A stretch of 36,544 nucleotides of DNA, taken from Octopus bimaculoides (lineage: Eukaryota). This document shows positions 33,331 through 36,544 of the stretch, one piece after another (positions within the stretch are counted from its first letter, which is position 1; each line of letters begins with the position of its first letter). Position numbers and translations under genes: made by a program. The DNA lies in NCBI RefSeq assembly GCF_001194135.2, contig NC_069000.1, positions 29,579,310 to 29,615,853 on the forward strand, given 5' to 3'. The notes under the pieces were generated by a model. That model did not search any database. It saw only the letters and a list, made by a program, of their open reading frames with translations, and was not told the origin of the DNA.

Positions 33331-34513
33331 ATCACGTGAAACAATTGTGGTTTGGTCGTGTGTCTAACCGGCAACCTAGCGGTTTAGTTTCGAATCACCG
33401 GTACACCAGCAAATCCAAAGAGCCAACTCGCCAATCAACTTATCATCATCACCGTCGCCGACATCGACATTGACATCGTCTTCTGTCAAACCATACACCA
33501 CATTACAACATACCCAAACTTTACACAGAAGACAACGTATAAGGAATTGAGTACAACACCTTTACACACTAAAATGAATAGCTCAGTCGAAATGTCCATG
33601 TCGAGCTATTCATAACTATGTAAAAATATTATGGTATCATCGAATACTACAAAACTAACTGAATGCAGAAGGTGCCATCGCTAGAATTTGGATAACAAAA
33701 GCGACGTGTGTTACATGATGAGCTTAGAAAAATCTTGCATATTTTCACCGTTCTGCTTGCAAAATGTATTTGTAAACTGCATGTTAACTGGTCACTTTCT
33801 TACCCTGAAAACTCGTTTTTCGAGTTCGATCCTTAAACATTTATTAACATACCCAAATGTACCAACATTTATCGTTATAAATGTGAATTTATTATCAAGT
33901 TAGAGAAGCTTCAGATTTTGAAGCAGCTCTCCATAAATATATTCCTTCTCCCTAGTTGGTCACATCTGCAAGGTAACTGATCCCAGTGACTGTACATGTT
34001 TTTTTTTTATCTCTGACACAACCATATCAGGCTTGTTTACATTTCTATGTACGTTTGTATGTATGTATGTATGTATGCATATGGGACTGGATTAAGGTCA
34101 ACTCTTGCCCTGAGCACAACGCAACAATGGTGATGCGATTGACCCTTACATTGTCGAAATGACAAAACATTAAGACATACGTACAGAATGTGATTAAATA
34201 TCCAGCTGCACTTCACTCTCCACAAATTTTAAGATTTCATTCATCTAACAAAATATAAAAGTAAACAATATAAGCAAGTTGTTTCTTTATAATTGTGGCA
34301 TCAAGTAAAAGAGAATTTTCAACGTTTTGTTTTGTTTTGTTTCTTATTATTCACTAAAGCCAAAACTTATTTATCATTTGCAAGTTTGGAAAAATTCCGT
34401 GGTGCTCTTTGGTGCTCTAAGTGAGTACCTGTTTAAAGGTTAATCTGAGTCAATACGCATATATTAGTTAGAAATATATATGTAGATAAAAGTATATATG
34501 CATGTATAAATGT

Positions 34514-34921
34514 ATTCTTTTATTCTTTTACACGTTTCAATCATTTGACTGCGGCCATGCTGGAGCACCACCTTAAAGGGTTTTAGTCGAAGAAATCGAC
34601 CCCAGAACTTATTCTTTGTAAATCTAGTACTTATTCTATTGGTCTCTTTTGCCGAACTGCTAGTTACGGGGACATAAACACACTAACATCGGTTGTCAAG
34701 TGATGGTGAGGCAGGACAAACACAGACACAAAGACACACACACATAAATTCACACACATATACTACGAACTTCTTTCAGTTTCTGTCTTCCAAATCCACT
34801 CACAAGGCTTTGGTCAACCCAAGGCTATAGTAGAAGACACTTGCCCAAGGTGCCACGCAGTAGGAATGAATCCAGAACCATGTGGTTGGGAAGCAAACTT
34901 TTTACCACACAACCACGCCTA
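34514..34921 (-). mobile_element. Full-length SINE family B (tRNA-derived, CORE-like segment)
   Basis: Reverse complement AGGCGTGGTTGTGTGGTAAAAAG...GGCACCTTGGGCAAGTGTCTTCTACTATAGCC..., internal TG repeat, ...CAGCATGGCCGCAGTCAAATG...AAAAGAATAAAAGAAT. ACCTTGGGCAAGT resembles the CORE domain of MIR/HpaI/OR2-type SINEs. Confidence 0.93.
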
Positions 34922-35159
34922 TGGATATTTCATTTAAGTTCTTAATCGCATGATACAAGCCGACCGCAGTCCCAGAGACCTCTGAATATGTAAGTATGAA
35001 TTCATGTACGAATGTACGCGCAGTCATGAAAGTACATGTCGCATTAGTACGCAAGTGTAAGCATATGTATGTATGTGTGTACATATGTGCATATGTGATG
35101 TAGTGTATAAGTTTATTCAAGGAAGCTCTTTATAACGTTTTATAAATCTTCATTGTACC

Positions 35160-35800
35160 ACAAATCGAATAAATTCCGAGGATCCAAGTCAGTTCGTTTT
35201 GTTCTTTCTTGAAAATTTCCACTGTTTTCAAGACTTTTATGTGCATTATTACAAGTCCAGGGTATTTACGATAACAGATACACGTGAAATTCTAAAGAGC
35301 TGTAAGTTCTACATGAGTTCACCATAAATGTTCTTCTTTCCTGTAAATTTAGATGAGGCATTCACATTTGTTTGACGACTGACTATTACAAAAGCACATG
35401 ACTTTTGCTCCCTGACCCATTGAACACTACCGCGTCTTTTGTGTTCACACCGGACTGCTTTTTTTTTTTTTTTAGTATTCCATCAGTATTCGTAATTTTT
35501 AAAGGTATGAATACAATCCGGTTCTGGTGTGCTTTTGGTCGTCAGGGCAATTCTTCCCACGTATAGCATCTTGAATAGTTTTGGCAATAACGTCATGCTT
35601 CGTGGGAAGGTTGTACATTGTGAACATGTTGGTGCCGTTACTGGTTTGAGGCAATCGGCATTTTTTTTTTATCACAACGTGGTGGTTTGTCTCTTTTATT
35701 GATCATATATTTAACAGTCACTTGTTTTTGAATAACGAAAGTGAACATATCTATATATCAGAGAACCAGGAGACGATACTTGTCTTGTAAATGTTTGCCG
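35160..35800 (-). mobile_element. R4/Dong-type LINE 3' fragment, related to the 1689-3265 element
   Basis: FVIQKQVTVKYMINKRD (cf. FTIQE*EIATKYLINK), YNLPTKHDVIAKTI, NIYGELM*NLQL. Confidence 0.75.
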
Positions 35801-35806
35801 CTCCAT

Positions 35807-35885
35807 TGATATCATGAATGCTGTCGCTGATATTATGAATGTTGTCACTGATATCACGAATGTTGCCGCTGATATCATGAATGTT
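35807..35885. repeat. 21-bp minisatellite, ~3.8 copies
   Basis: TGATATCATGAATGCTGTCGC / TGATATTATGAATGTTGTCAC / TGATATCACGAATGTTGCCGC / TGATATCATGAATGTT. Confidence 0.92.
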
Positions 35886-36424
35886 TCCCCCGCAAATTTC
35901 TGTTCAAGTTAATCCATTTACGCACATGGGTCATTCAGAGTACCTATTCTATAGACTACTTCACCTAATCTCATTATATTATTTTCACTGTTAAGTACAC
36001 AAGTGCTGCACTCATTTCTCTTTCTGTGCATGTATTTATTTATGTTTACGGCAGGTCGCTAGTGAGCGGCACTAGTAACGTGCAACCAAGTACAGCTTGT
36101 TCCATGGCGGAGTAATCGGCGACTAAACTGGCAACCCCGCCAAAACTTGTTTGGTGAGAAGGGTTATTTTGTACACACTCTTCGAAAGGAAAAAACAAGA
36201 TGTCCACCTACGGTTTGTGAATATGTAACAGCAGCTGCACAGGGACATGACAGCTCAGACTACTTTTAATGGTCAACTGTCACAAGGAGAATCCCAGTTG
36301 ACAACGGGGTAAATCAATGCTGTCTTGCTTACACACGTTTCACCGTAGCACAATGTAGGAAGACAGCTTTTGATGCCAGCCAGATGAAATACAGTTTTTC
36401 ACATGAAATCGTTCACATGTAGTG

Positions 36425-36470
36425 GCGTTAGAAAGGAGGTGGTCACCGAAACAATTGTAACTAGTAATAA
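36425..36470 (+). ncRNA. Hammerhead remnant lacking the CUGA core
   Basis: GGTG/CACC, GAAAC, palindromic ACAATTGT, GUA triplet, then ACTAGT and AATAAA. No CTGANGA upstream. Confidence 0.4.
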
Positions 36471-36544
36471 AGATGTGCTAAATGTATTCTTTATCTTCTT
36501 ACTATATGTTACACTTTCTAATGCCCACACATTGGTTTTTACTG

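Noticed and set aside
36055-36076. Hairpin plus CTAGT as a Helitron 3' end
   Set aside because: The stem is only 6 bp and 1 nt from CTAG, unlike the usual ~10-nt spacing; no 5' TC end was identified.

Overview
AT-rich, microsatellite-dense eukaryotic DNA with five N-gaps. The SINE families and LINE spectrum suggest a coleoid cephalopod, probably Octopus; this is an inference from recognition and was not searched. I found no intact host gene, rRNA, tRNA or CRISPR array, so the window looks intergenic or deep intronic. Most listed ORFs are microsatellite or N artefacts; the rest are decayed transposon frames. The window holds two abundant tRNA-derived SINE families (A, ~210 bp; B, ~400 bp, CORE-like) and a third degenerate SINE-like family. 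It also holds R4/Dong-type RLE LINE fragments (two stacked in a (TAA)n tract), an L1/Tx1 RT fragment, a CR1/L2-type 3' fragment, many Penelope-like (PLE) remnants, and three MITE types (TA/Tigger, hAT/Charlie, TTAA/piggyBac). The most interesting signals are: a PLE with a twin-priming-like 5' inversion; five or six decayed minimal hammerhead ribozyme motifs, several with a palindromic stem III; a degenerate ~32-bp satellite present as two oppositely oriented arrays; and several fused or chimeric SINE/LINE junctions. Nothing here proves a new system. All translations and alignments were done by eye, and boundaries of decayed elements are approximate.
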